Assembly: GCA_963677495.2 (NCBI GenBank)
Contig: CAXXOU010000003.1
Span: 32,001 to 96,000 of the forward strand
DNA length: 64,000 nt
Direction of reading: 5' to 3'
Source: Candidatus Cloacimonadales bacterium
GTDB taxonomy: Bacteria; Cloacimonadota; Cloacimonadia; Cloacimonadales; JAFGVF01
Both the position numbers and the translations under genes were made by a program. This document shows, in pieces, positions 54,408-64,000 of the stretch. The notes beneath the pieces are model-generated. The model ran no database searches. It was given only the letters and a program-made list of their open reading frames with translations, and was not told the origin of the DNA. Within the stretch, counting starts at the first letter, position 1. Each line of letters begins with the position of its first letter.

Positions 54408-56504
54408 TTAATAGCCTCTAAACTTCTTTATCAACTTCTCTTGAATAGAAGCAGGAACTATCTCATATTTCTTAAATTCTAATGTATAAATCGCACGTCC
54501 GGAACTAAGAGTTCTCACTCTGGTTGCATACCCAAACAGTTCACTCATTGGAACGTCGCTAACAATCTCATTCTTGTCATTACTATCAGTTCTGATAATC
54601 TCAATACGACCACGCTTTGCGTTGATGTCAGAGATAATATCACCAACATACTCTTCAGGGGTAATAACTGTTAAGAGCATAACAGGTTCCATCAAGATAG
54701 GGCTTGCAGATCTAAGGGCATTACCAATCGCCATTGATGTAGCAATACGGAAAGCTGTTTCGTTTGAGTCTACCTCATGGAAGCTTCCACCTACTAAGTC
54801 AATCTTAACCCTTTCACATAAACCACTAATCTGTGGACCGTCTGTTAGCGCATTTAATGCACTTTCTTCAATAGCTTCCTGATAACATTCAGGTATCTGC
54901 TCATGTGAAATACTTGATACGAATAAATTCTTACTATCTTCAGGTAGTTCACTCTCTTTCATAGGAGAAAGCTGGAACTTAACATGTGCAAAGTTGCCTT
55001 TACCACCCATTTCACGTTCGAAAGTCTCTTCAACAGTGAATGGTTTAGTAATAGTCTCTTTATATGAAACCTGAGGAGTACCAACATTTGCTTTAACGTT
55101 GAACTCACGTTTCAATCTATCAATAATAATCTCAAGGTGAAGTTCACCCATACCTGAAATCAAGTTCTGGCCTGTATCTTTATCTGCATGTACTTTGAAA
55201 GTAGGGTCTTCCTCCTCCAAACGTCTTAATGCTTCATGTAAGCTATCTTCATCAGCCTTTGATTTTGGTTCAATCGCAATAGAGATAACAGTATCAGGGA
55301 AAGTCATTTTATGCATAATAAGCTTCGAAGATGTATCAGTAATTGTATCACCGGTAAATGTAATCTTTGATCCTACAATAGCCCCAATATCACCTGCATG
55401 CAGTTCATCCACATCATTCTTCTTGTTCGAATGCATCTGTAGAATTCTGGCAACACGCTCTTTCTTGCCGGTAGTCTGATTAAGGTAGGTGTCACCCTTC
55501 TTAATTCGACCTCTATAAACCCTAACATAAAGTAGTTTACCGACATATTTATCTACTTGAATCTTGAAAGCTAAGGCAGCAAACTTACCATTTTCATTAG
55601 GAAGAACTTCAATTTCATTATGTGTTTTAGGATCAAGACCGGTAGTTCCACCAATATCGAGTGGTGAAGGAAGATATTCATTAACTGCATTAAGCAGAAG
55701 TTGAACACCTTTATTCTTTAATGAGCTTCCACAAAGTACAGGGACAAAACCATGCTCTATCACACCATTACGAATAGCACGTTTAATCATTTCTGAGCTT
55801 ACATCTTCACCTTCAAGATAGAGTTCCATAAGTTCATCATCATATTCAGAAATCTTCTCAATCAACTCTTCACGTGCTATGATTGCTCTTTCAAGTTCAT
55901 CTTCTGGAATATCTTTAACTTTGAAATCAATCCCCAGATTATCAACATCAAACTCATAAGCTTTCATTGTGATAAGATCTATAATATCAGAAAAGTTTTC
56001 CTCTTCACCGATTGGTAAACTGATTGGAGTAGCATGTTCTGTTAATCGTTCTCTCATCTGATGTACTACATGATCAAAATCAGCTCCCATACGATCCATT
56101 TTATTAACGAAGGCAATTCTTGGTACATGGTATCTATCTGCTTGATGCCAAACTGTCTCTGATTGAGGTTCTACTCCTCCGACCGCACAAAATACACCAA
56201 CAGCACCATCCAAAACTCTTAATGACCGCTCAACCTCAGCAGTGAAATCAACATGACCCGGAGTATCAATAATATTGATAGTATGGTCGTTCCAGAAACA
56301 GCTAACAGTTGCAGATGTTATAGTAATTCCTCTTTCTCTTTCTTGATCCATCCAGTCAGTGTAGGCATTACCATCATGCACTTCACCCATTCTTCTAAGA
56401 ACGCCTGAATAGAAGAGAATTCTCTCAGTAGTAGTCGTTTTACCGGCATCAATATGAGCCATAATTCCAATGTTACGAATTTTACTTAAATCTGTCTTAG
56501 CCAT
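54408..56504 (-). CDS. fusA: Elongation factor G, stand-alone copy
   Basis: [47 protein letters not shown]. Confidence 0.93.
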   Translation of the reverse strand: MAKTDLSKIRNIGIMAHIDAGKTTTTERILFYSGVLRRMGEVHDGNAYTDWMDQERERGITITSATVSCFWNDHTINIIDTPGHVDFTAEVERSLRVLDGAVGVFCAVGGVEPQSETVWHQADRYHVPRIAFVNKMDRMGADFDHVVHQMRERLTEHATPISLPIGEEENFSDIIDLITMKAYEFDVDNLGIDFKVKDIPEDELERAIIAREELIEKISEYDDELMELYLEGEDVSSEMIKRAIRNGVIEHGFVPVLCGSSLKNKGVQLLLNAVNEYLPSPLDIGGTTGLDPKTHNEIEVLPNENGKFAALAFKIQVDKYVGKLLYVRVYRGRIKKGDTYLNQTTGKKERVARILQMHSNKKNDVDELHAGDIGAIVGSKITFTGDTITDTSSKLIMHKMTFPDTVISIAIEPKSKADEDSLHEALRRLEEEDPTFKVHADKDTGQNLISGMGELHLEIIIDRLKREFNVKANVGTPQVSYKETITKPFTVEETFEREMGGKGNFAHVKFQLSPMKESELPEDSKNLFVSSISHEQIPECYQEAIEESALNALTDGPQISGLCERVKIDLVGGSFHEVDSNETAFRIATSMAIGNALRSASPILMEPVMLLTVITPEEYVGDIISDINAKRGRIEIIRTDSNDKNEIVSDVPMSELFGYATRVRTLSSGRAIYTLEFKKYEIVPASIQEKLIKKFRGY

Positions 56505-56684
56505 TTTCTCCTGCTTTCAGGTTTGAGTCTTTTACGCTATCTTCTTATATTGCTATATATTAGTTGTATAATTTACTCAATAACGCACTTCAAATCTATG
56601 ATGATATGCATTAATACTGGCATTTATAATGTGTCAAGTATGAATTACGAATCACTTCATCATTGGAGTCATAGCGAGTTTCAG

Positions 56685-57160
56685 ATTTCCCAAAGGAGTT
56701 TGTCAGAGTGAAGTTTACGAGCGAGAACGGACTTATTTGAGAAACCTGAAATATGATTGACTTATCTTTTGTAATTTCTCCAAAGATAAGCTCTTCTTTA
56801 GCTGGGAGACTAAAGCTTTCGGAGCGGTCAAGTAGTTGCTCGCCTATCGGCTTGCGAGCTCCTCCCGCTGGTCGTCGGTACAACTACATTCGTATCCTCA
56901 TTCCGTTCAGGATGACCAATTGGGCACTTGAACTTGCCCCGGCAAGTTCTTAAGCATGTCACCCTGAGCGAAGTGAATGAAGTGAAACGAAATGAATGAA
57001 GCCGATGGGTCGCTCGGATAACTTTAGAGAAAGCCTGATACTGTATTGACTTATCTTTCGTTGCTTCCTTACCGGGAAGTACTTCTCTTCAGTTGGAAAA
57101 CTAAAGTTATCGGAGAAATTCATCCACTCATTCGTATCTAGTTTCGATCAGAATGACATG
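56685..57160. repeat. Mosaic REP cluster, inverted relative to 59997-60208
   Basis: 56756-56879 approximates the reverse complement of 59997-60118; 56957-57060 approximates the reverse complement of 60102-60208. Confidence 0.8.
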
Positions 57161-57245
57161 TCTGATCCTTAAATTTGCTTTCATTAGAAGTAGCTGACAA
57201 ATTCACTTGACAACAACACTCATTGTTAACAGTTTGATTGCATGT

Positions 57246-57322
<77 letters not shown>

Positions 57323-57411
57323 TTTCTTTATAAACTTCCCCTCTTAAATAATTTCTTTCTTGACGGATTTTCGACAAAATAAACGGTGTTAACTAACTTA
57401 GAGGTTGATAA

Positions 57412-58011
57412 ATGGGAATACAAGAAAGAAGACTGAGAGAGAAAGAGAATATTAAGCGTTTAATCGCTGAAGCAGCTAAAGAGCTCTTTATTGAAGAGGG
57501 CATCGAAAGCGTTTCTATGCGCAAAATTGCCAGTAAAATCGAATACTCTCCCACGACTCTTTACAACTATTACCACAATAAGACTGAGATTCTGAAAACC
57601 TTAGTTGAGGACTATTTTAGGGAATATGCTCCTTCAGCTGAGAAGCACAGAGACAATACCGAACTCTCCCCTCTTGATAATCTTAAGTCATATTTAAGGC
57701 TTTCCGTAACAAGAGCACTTGAGAATCCGGGCATGTATCTTCTGCTTGCAAAACTGTTCTCTGAATCTGCCCAGTATAAGTTTGGTATATCAGGGGCCGG
57801 AAAAGGATATGGATTACTCGTTGATCTAATACAAGAATGTATTGATAATGGTGACTTATCTGCCGGTAATGTCGATTTAAAAGCACAGTCCTTATGGTCT
57901 GTAACACATGGTCTTTCATCACTTTTAGTGAGTCGTCCCGGTTTCCATTGGGAGGACATTGATACACTGATTAACTCAACAATTGATGCTGTTCTAAAAG
58001 GCATGGCATAA
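57412..58011 (+). CDS. TetR/AcrR family regulator
   Basis: AAKELFIEEGIESVSMRKIASKIEYSPTTLYNYY; WSVTHGL. Confidence 0.92.
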   Translation: MGIQERRLREKENIKRLIAEAAKELFIEEGIESVSMRKIASKIEYSPTTLYNYYHNKTEILKTLVEDYFREYAPSAEKHRDNTELSPLDNLKSYLRLSVTRALENPGMYLLLAKLFSESAQYKFGISGAGKGYGLLVDLIQECIDNGDLSAGNVDLKAQSLWSVTHGLSSLLVSRPGFHWEDIDTLINSTIDAVLKGMA

Positions 58012-58028
58012 TTTTTTTGAGGTTATAG

Positions 58029-58041
58029 TTAACAGTGTTAA
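58029..58041. promoter_or_regulatory. Probable TetR operator TTAACAGTGTTAA; second copy TAAACGGTGTTAA at 57380-57392
   Basis: Palindrome upstream of the surface-protein gene and 11/13 match upstream of tetR. Confidence 0.6.
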
Positions 58042-58067
58042 GTTAGTAAACAATATTAGGAGATGAC

Positions 58068-59738
58068 ATGAAGAAGTCTTTATTCTTATTAGTTATTTTA
58101 GCATGTGCTGTTGCTATCAGCGCATTGCCTGTTAGTTCTTTCTTTGAAGCTTTTGATGCTTCTGACTCAATGCCTAACGGTTGGTCTACAATCGTTCAAT
58201 CTGAATCTACTGTATCTAATGTTTGGGTGCATACAGCAGCGTATGATGCCTATTCAGGTACAAATATGATCAAAATGTTCGGTAATACAGATGATCCTCA
58301 GGATATTCTTGTACTCGTGTCACCTGAAGTAACAAACCTTTCAGATAATCCACTCAGCTTCTGGGCAAAAAGTAGCTGGGGAGAAGTAACAGATTCTTTG
58401 ATGGTTGGAACATTGAGTGACCCTAATGATTACTCAACATTCAATCATATCGCTACATACGGAATGGGCATTGAATACGCTCAGTTCACAATAGATTTTG
58501 ATCCTGCAAATACTGATAGTTATATTGCTTTTGTTAATCCTTTAACAAGTGATTATGGCTATGCTACATACATCGAAGACGTATCTTGGGAACCATCAGC
58601 TATCGTTCCGGGTCCAGCCATTGCTATCGCACCGGAAGAAAATGCAACTGATGTACTTATTAACTTTGCTGATAACATGATGACATTCCCATTCGAATGG
58701 AGTTCAACAGGTGGAAACCCTACAGGTTACAAACTTAGCTTTGGAACTGATAACCCACCAACAAACTTCATGGACAATGTAGATTTAGGTAATGTTTCAA
58801 CATATGCACCAACAGTTCCTCTTAACTATACAACCCAGTATTTCTGGCAGATCACACCTTATAATGAATTTGGTGATGCTGTAAACTGTCCGGTTTGGGG
58901 TTTTTCAACTCAGAGTGGTACTACAATTGACTTCAGAACAGTTAATTCATGGTCAGAAGGTTTTGAGACAGCAGAAGTTGGTTTCTTACCTTTAGGAATG
59001 GAACAAGAAAACGTAAATGATGATAATGCTCAGTGGGCAGGTATTGCCACTTCTGATTGGTCTCCAAATGCTCATACTGGCTCAATGGCTGTTCACATGG
59101 CATTTGCTATCATGAATTCACATGACGATTATCTCTATACACCACCAATGTATATGGTTGCAGGTAACACATACACAATCGATTTTTGGTACAAAATTTC
59201 AGCTTTCGAGAACTCTTTCGAAAAGATGGATATCTATGTAGGTGACTCACCTGTAAATACAGCGATGGTTGACCAGGTCTGGGATAACAATTACATTAAT
59301 AATGTTGATTATATGCAAGGAACCTGCACATACGTAGCACAGGAAGATGGAATCAAGTTCATCGGTTTCCATGCTTATAGTGATGCTCTCCAGATGGTTC
59401 TTCTTCTTGATGATATCACAGTTACACAGCAGAATACAAGTCCTAATGCTGACGATGTAGTTAATGTAAACACACTTTCAGTTTCTAACTACCCTAATCC
59501 TTTCAATCCTGAGACAACTTTTGAGTTCTCAATCCCTAAAGGACAGACAGGTAGCTTAACTATATACAACCTCCGCGGACAGGCTGTTAAGTCGTATACA
59601 AACCTTACTTCCAATGATAACAAAATAGTATGGCAAGGTAAAGATTCTCAAGGGTCATTATCCCCATCCGGAACTTACTTCTACAGACTTAGTGTCGGTA
59701 ATGATAGTAGAACCGGTAGAATGACTCTCCTTAAATAA
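58068..59738 (+). CDS. Secreted protein with cleaved-adhesin-like domains and FlgD/T9SS-like C-terminal domain
   Basis: Signal peptide; GTDNPPTN module shared with the 2062-aa protein; NYPNPFNPETT...SGTYFYRL...MTLLK. Confidence 0.85.
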   Translation: MKKSLFLLVILACAVAISALPVSSFFEAFDASDSMPNGWSTIVQSESTVSNVWVHTAAYDAYSGTNMIKMFGNTDDPQDILVLVSPEVTNLSDNPLSFWAKSSWGEVTDSLMVGTLSDPNDYSTFNHIATYGMGIEYAQFTIDFDPANTDSYIAFVNPLTSDYGYATYIEDVSWEPSAIVPGPAIAIAPEENATDVLINFADNMMTFPFEWSSTGGNPTGYKLSFGTDNPPTNFMDNVDLGNVSTYAPTVPLNYTTQYFWQITPYNEFGDAVNCPVWGFSTQSGTTIDFRTVNSWSEGFETAEVGFLPLGMEQENVNDDNAQWAGIATSDWSPNAHTGSMAVHMAFAIMNSHDDYLYTPPMYMVAGNTYTIDFWYKISAFENSFEKMDIYVGDSPVNTAMVDQVWDNNYINNVDYMQGTCTYVAQEDGIKFIGFHAYSDALQMVLLLDDITVTQQNTSPNADDVVNVNTLSVSNYPNPFNPETTFEFSIPKGQTGSLTIYNLRGQAVKSYTNLTSNDNKIVWQGKDSQGSLSPSGTYFYRLSVGNDSRTGRMTLLK

Positions 59739-59759
59739 ACCGTCCGTAGATCAATCTAC

Positions 59760-59795
59760 ACCGGTACATGAAGATCCGCATGTACCGGTTTTTTT
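59760..59795 (+). terminator. Rho-independent terminator
   Basis: ACCGGTACATG-AAGATCCG-CATGTACCGGT-TTTTTT. Confidence 0.75.
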
Positions 59796-59859
59796 GTTAT
59801 TCTTAATTAATCCGGAACTCGACAATCACTTTGTCATAAGAGCGAAGGGTGATATATCA

Positions 59860-60542
59860 GTAGCAGTCACCTGTGCGAGTTTACGAACTTGGGGAAATGC
59901 GGACTTTACACTTGTTGTTTACTTCGAAGTCGCATTTCCCCGAACTCCCGTTGGTCGTAATGGTGACTGCTACAGACATTTACGAATGAAGTAGAACCGA
60001 CGACCATCGGGAGGAGCTCGCTTGCCGAAGGCGAGCAACTATTTACCTCTCCCATAGCTTTAGTCTCCCAACTAAAGAAGAGCTTATCCCTGTTTACTAC
60101 ACGAAAGATAAGTCAATACTAGAAACAGTAATCCACTAAAGTCATCCGAGCGACCCTATCGACTTCGTTCATTTCGTTTCACTTCATTCAGCTTCGCTCA
60201 GGGTGACATACACAGTGCGATTTGCAACAACTTACCGCATTTCAGGGAGTTTGTCAGCCTGATAAGGCTGCGGACTTCCTAAAATGCACTTCGAAGTCGC
60301 TATTCCCTGATTTCGTTCTCGCGTCACGCTATCGCTGCAACGCAAGTCCGAAAGTGACATACTCAGTGCCTTTTGCAACAACTTAGCTACATTTACTGCC
60401 CTTTTTACTCCCTTTTACTGCTCTATCAGGCAACGCACTGCGTTTGCACTGTGCACGCACTGTGAAGGCACTGCTAACCCACTGTTTCACTGGGTGCACA
60501 GTGCGTGCACAGTGGGAAAACAGTGGGATGACTGCGTTTTGA
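59860..60542. repeat. Composite REP mosaic, including GTAG-bounded empty RAYT-arm element (59860-59973) and 11-bp CACTG array
   Basis: GTAGCAGTCACC...GGTGACTGCTAC; modules collinear with 33-431. Confidence 0.85.
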
Positions 60543-60691
60543 TAGATAGTATCATATTGGAGAAGGAAGAATGAGATAAAGTGTCATAAATGTAATCATG
60601 TTTGCAGTGTCCTGAATAAGTTTACCATAGTTTTAGTTACTCAGTTTACTTCAATTGAATGAAATAATTCTATCTTTTCTAAATTGATTTA

Positions 60692-61480
60692 CTAAGAAGC
60701 ATATACACTTCCAGGAGTGTTGTAGTCAAGTGAAGAATGATATCTTTTATTATTATAGATATAAACTGCTTCTTCCGTTGCTTGCAAAGCGACCTTTTTG
60801 TTTGGGAATTTCAATTTCATTCCCAGATCATGTTTCAATGTTCTGTTTACTCTTTCAGCGACTGCATTATCATAGCAGTGATTCTTTCCTGTCATACTAA
60901 CTCTTGCATGGCTTCTTTTAAGCAATCCGATGTATTCTTTACTACAGTACTGGACACCATGATCAGAGTGAAGTATTATACCTCGCGGGATTTTTGTTCC
61001 TCTTTTTGCTTTATTAAATGCCTTCACTGCTCCTTTTGTTTCCAGAGTATCAGATAAGTAGTGACCAACTATCTTTCTTGAATAGTAGTCTGTTACTAAA
61101 AACAAATACATAAACCCCCTTCCAACTGAGATATATGTAATGTCTGTTACCCAAACTTGGTCTTTTTTTGTGATGTTCGTTTCCGGTAAAAGATTGGGGT
61201 ATATCTTCAATTTATGCTTCCAGTTTGTTGTAACTACATATCGCTTGGGAGGTCTTTGCAATAAGTTATTCATACGTAACAACTCTATTAGTTTATCTCT
61301 ACTTATCTTTAGGTCAGGATCATTATGTTTTATAAGCATTTTCATTATCATTCGATAGCCTGTTGTCTCCTGTTCTCGCCGGAGCTCTTCCACGAGTCGC
61401 ACTATCTCACGGTCTCTCGCAGCATCTCGTTCGAGTATTTTTACATGCTTATTATAGCCTTGTCTTGTATAACCGTACAC
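60692..61480 (-). CDS. IS3 OrfB DDE transposase, reached by -1 frameshift
   Basis: WVTDITY, HSDHGVQY, DNAVAERVN..LK. Confidence 0.92.
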   Translation of the reverse strand: MYGYTRQGYNKHVKILERDAARDREIVRLVEELRREQETTGYRMIMKMLIKHNDPDLKISRDKLIELLRMNNLLQRPPKRYVVTTNWKHKLKIYPNLLPETNITKKDQVWVTDITYISVGRGFMYLFLVTDYYSRKIVGHYLSDTLETKGAVKAFNKAKRGTKIPRGIILHSDHGVQYCSKEYIGLLKRSHARVSMTGKNHCYDNAVAERVNRTLKHDLGMKLKFPNKKVALQATEEAVYIYNNKRYHSSLDYNTPGSVYAS

Positions 61481-61494
61481 CTTACAAATCCTCT

Positions 61495-61929
61495 CTAATC
61501 CTCTGTATCGGAGTCCGCATTCAATAGCTCTTTCTTGAGTTTTTCCTGCACTATCGAACCAAGCTTTTTTTTTAGATCCATACCTAGCTTATTACCGGAT
61601 ACTTCTATCAATGTCTCTAATGCTAACTCTTTAAGATAGCTATCGTCCAATGCACGCTGAAGCCGTCTATTCTCCTTGCGTAAGCGGATTAATTCGGTCT
61701 TTTCATCTTTAGTCATATAGTGTACCACCTTATCAATCTTTTGATCCATTCCATATTTTTTGATCCAACCTCGAATGGTTGTCGTACTTGGTATTTTATA
61801 AAGCTGAGTTGCTTCACTAATAGTTAAATATCCACTCTCGATTTCGTCTACTACTTTCATCTTAAATACTACACTATAGTTTCTCAAAACTCTCTTTTCT
61901 TCTTTCTCTTTCATCTCTTTTCCTTTCAT
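61495..61929 (-). CDS. IS3 OrfA (HTH)
   Basis: YSVVFKMKVV...TIRGWIKKYG, leucine zipper, LKKK slippery region. Confidence 0.88.
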   Translation of the reverse strand: MKGKEMKEKEEKRVLRNYSVVFKMKVVDEIESGYLTISEATQLYKIPSTTTIRGWIKKYGMDQKIDKVVHYMTKDEKTELIRLRKENRRLQRALDDSYLKELALETLIEVSGNKLGMDLKKKLGSIVQEKLKKELLNADSDTED

Positions 61930-61983
61930 AGTTTAGGGTAACTATTTCAGGACAATACAGTCCTTCATCTCCCTGCAGTAATT

Positions 61984-62078
61984 CTTGGTAAACACTTGGT
62001 AAACACTTGGCAAATCCCTGGCCTATTCCTGGCTTATTTACCAAGAACATGCCAACATATTACCTAGTTTAAACCAGT
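61984..62078. repeat. 11-bp-phased inverted array, C(T/C)TGG x5 then CCAAG-like x4
   Basis: Cores at 61984/995/62006/017/028 and 62041/052/063/074. Confidence 0.85.
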
Positions 62079-62388
62079 TTAGAATCACTAATTACTGCAG
62101 AGACAAGAATGATGTACAGGAGTAAAGTTAGTCTGACGAAAGGCTGGGATAAATATTGTAATCTCGCCTTATTTATCCATGAACCTCCCTTGTCCATCTC
62201 TTGGCTTTGCAAGAGAGACCCAAGAGTAAGGTTAGAGTAACCCAAGCGAGGATCCCAGATTTCAGTCAGTTAATATCGGAAGTAAAGTTTTATGTATAAT
62301 CATAAAAAGGTTTACAAATTAACTATCTTAAACAGTAACATTGCTACTAGTATGTATTAATAGTGTATGACAATGTTCAGGAGGATGA

Positions 62389-63396
62389 ATGAGCAAAGAT
62401 TTTATGATGAAGGGTAGTGATTTTTTAGGAGTAAAGTATCCGATAATTGCAGGTGGGATGACCAGAGTTAGTGATTATGAACTAGTAAAAGCTGTAAGTG
62501 AAGCCGGGGGATTCCCTGTTTTTGCTGCCGGGAATATGCCGGCTGTTCAGTTTGAAGAGCAGATTGATAGATTAGTTGCTGATTTGAATAAACCATTTGG
62601 TGTTAATCTTCTAACTGTTGCCCCTAACTACAGGTCCCACTATGAAGTATTGCTAAAAAAAGATGTAGAGTTTGTAGTATTTGCAGACACGATTCCATCT
62701 AAAAAAGATATAGAAGGAATGAAGAGTTCCGGTGCTAGAACAATGTCTTTTGCTGCCAACAATTCAGTGGCAAAGAAGTTAATTAAAAGTGGAATTGATG
62801 CTCTCATTTTAGAGGGTTCCGAAGCTGGTGGTCATATAGGTCCGGTGGCTCTCAGTATACTTTTACAAGATGTTTTGCTTGAACATAGAGGCTTCCCTAT
62901 TTTTGTTGCCGGTGGAATTGTCAAAGGAGAAATGATGGCTCAAATGCTTATTATGGGGGCGTTTGGAGTTCAGCTTGGGACAGCGTTTATGCTTAGTGAG
63001 GAGTGCACAATCGATGATAACTTTAAACTTGCATTAAAGAAAGCACATGCAAGACAGGCTGTTGCACTGCAACCATTTGATGATTCTCATCCTCGTATTG
63101 GAATTAGAGCCATTAAGAATTCAGGGATGAACAAGATAAAAGATTTCCGTGAGAATCTGGTATCTGCGTGCAAGCAAGGCGACTCTCCAATCGAAGAGGT
63201 GTATGGTAGATTAGAGATGAAACTAGATGAAATGCTTTGCGAAGCTACAGAAAAAGGTAATGTTGACCACAGTGCCTTGATGGCAGGACAAAGTGTAGGT
63301 CTGACAAATGAGATAAAACCGGTACAGTTAATAATAGATGAGATGGTAGATTCATGTAAAAAAGAGCTTGAGAGAATCAGAGCTGAGTTTCTTTAG
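62389..63396 (+). CDS. Nitronate monooxygenase / FabK-like FMN oxidoreductase
   Basis: YPIIAGGM, PFGVNL, EGSEAGGHIG, AGGI, GVQLGT, MAGQSVGL. Confidence 0.85.
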   Translation: MSKDFMMKGSDFLGVKYPIIAGGMTRVSDYELVKAVSEAGGFPVFAAGNMPAVQFEEQIDRLVADLNKPFGVNLLTVAPNYRSHYEVLLKKDVEFVVFADTIPSKKDIEGMKSSGARTMSFAANNSVAKKLIKSGIDALILEGSEAGGHIGPVALSILLQDVLLEHRGFPIFVAGGIVKGEMMAQMLIMGAFGVQLGTAFMLSEECTIDDNFKLALKKAHARQAVALQPFDDSHPRIGIRAIKNSGMNKIKDFRENLVSACKQGDSPIEEVYGRLEMKLDEMLCEATEKGNVDHSALMAGQSVGLTNEIKPVQLIIDEMVDSCKKELERIRAEFL

Positions 63397-63498
63397 TAAA
63401 AAAGCTTGAGATTCCAACCCTAAGTAAAAATTTGACAATCTACTGATTACATATAATTTTGTTTCAATTAAATTTAGATGTTATAAACAGGAGTTTTA

Positions 63499-64000
63499 AT
63501 GAATAGATACAGCAAGGTTTTGATTGTAGCAATACTTGCATTTAGCTTAACAAGCTTGTTTGCGGGAAACTCAATCTTTAGCAGATATGGATTCCCTGTG
63601 GAGAATGATGGATATGATATTTATGGCATGGGTATGGGTAATACCGGATCCGGTGATTTCATGAGGATGAATCAGGGTGTTGGGGTCAATCCTGCCCTTA
63701 GTAGTATCAGTAGCCATGTTCTATTAGCCACCGGCATAAAGATGGGTAACACTACTTATAAAGATGTTGCTGATAATAGTTTTAGAGATGATTCCTTTGA
63801 CTTCCCGTTCTTTAGTTTACAAATGCCGATAAAGAAGCATCATTTTGCCTTTCAATTCACATCTTTGATGAGTGGTAATTTGAAAAGTGAATCTACAAGT
63901 ACTGTTGATATTGATGGGACTGATTATGAGATGCTCATTTATGAATCTATCTATTCTTACCTTTATAGAGCTGATCTAATGTACTCATATAAGTTCAATC
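63499..64000 (+). CDS. Partial outer-membrane protein (FadL/PorV-like N-terminus), cut by window end
   Basis: AGGAG RBS; MNRYSKVLIVAILAFSLTSLFAGNSIFSRYG...GMGMG...NPAL; absent from the ORF track. Confidence 0.65.
   Translation, partial: MNRYSKVLIVAILAFSLTSLFAGNSIFSRYGFPVENDGYDIYGMGMGNTGSGDFMRMNQGVGVNPALSSISSHVLLATGIKMGNTTYKDVADNSFRDDSFDFPFFSLQMPIKKHHFAFQFTSLMSGNLKSESTSTVDIDGTDYEMLIYESIYSYLYRADLMYSYKFN

Larger units (their letters stand above)
60603..61959 (-). mobile_element. IS3-family insertion sequence, 1357 bp
   Basis: Terminal IRs TGCAGTGTCCTGAATAAGTTTACC and TGTATTGTCCTGAAATAGTTACCC; orfA/orfB; no clean target duplication seen. Confidence 0.9.

Noticed and set aside
56523..56953. Short ORFs in the REP cluster (also 50971-51267, 59794-59994, 48508-48735)
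   Set aside because: They overlap palindromic repeat modules and lack an RBS or recognisable domains.

Overview
Low-GC bacterial chromosome segment. The FlgD/T9SS-like 'NYPNPFNP' C-termini, GWxTD proteins and anaerobic gene set suggest an FCB-group anaerobe, probably Ca. Cloacimonadota (inference). Coding content includes a DUF134/NifB-NifX/Fe-S ATPase operon, GH31, a prepilin peptidase, ltaE, OmpA and MltC-like genes, PAS sensors and a histidine kinase, tldD/pmbA, a 2062-aa surface protein, a double-cubane reductase with its activase, two GWxTD proteins, dnaE, a nuclease-like plus beta-CASP hydrolase pair, four tandem small beta-barrel paralogs, a RAYT/Y1 HUH transposase, pruA, SatD-DUF3307, a stand-alone fusA, TetR and an IS3 element. 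It also carries tRNA-Arg(ACG) and tRNA-Val(GAC). The most interesting signals are: (1) about ten intergenic arrays of short cores repeated at 11-bp spacing, often switching to the reverse complement at a dyad, with different cores per locus; (2) two kinase-less sensors sharing a C-terminal 'NNLFxGREFRxKEL' coiled-coil tail, one directly behind a kinase with an acidic 'ALTYLLED' segment, a candidate split-sensor system; (3) a Y1 HUH transposase bracketed by ~40-bp inverted arms, with empty copies of those arms elsewhere, inside a mosaic of REP modules; (4) a 247-bp tandem REP-like array with A-B-A-B variant order; (5) two candidate defence pairs. All family calls come from motif recognition by eye; no database search was run.
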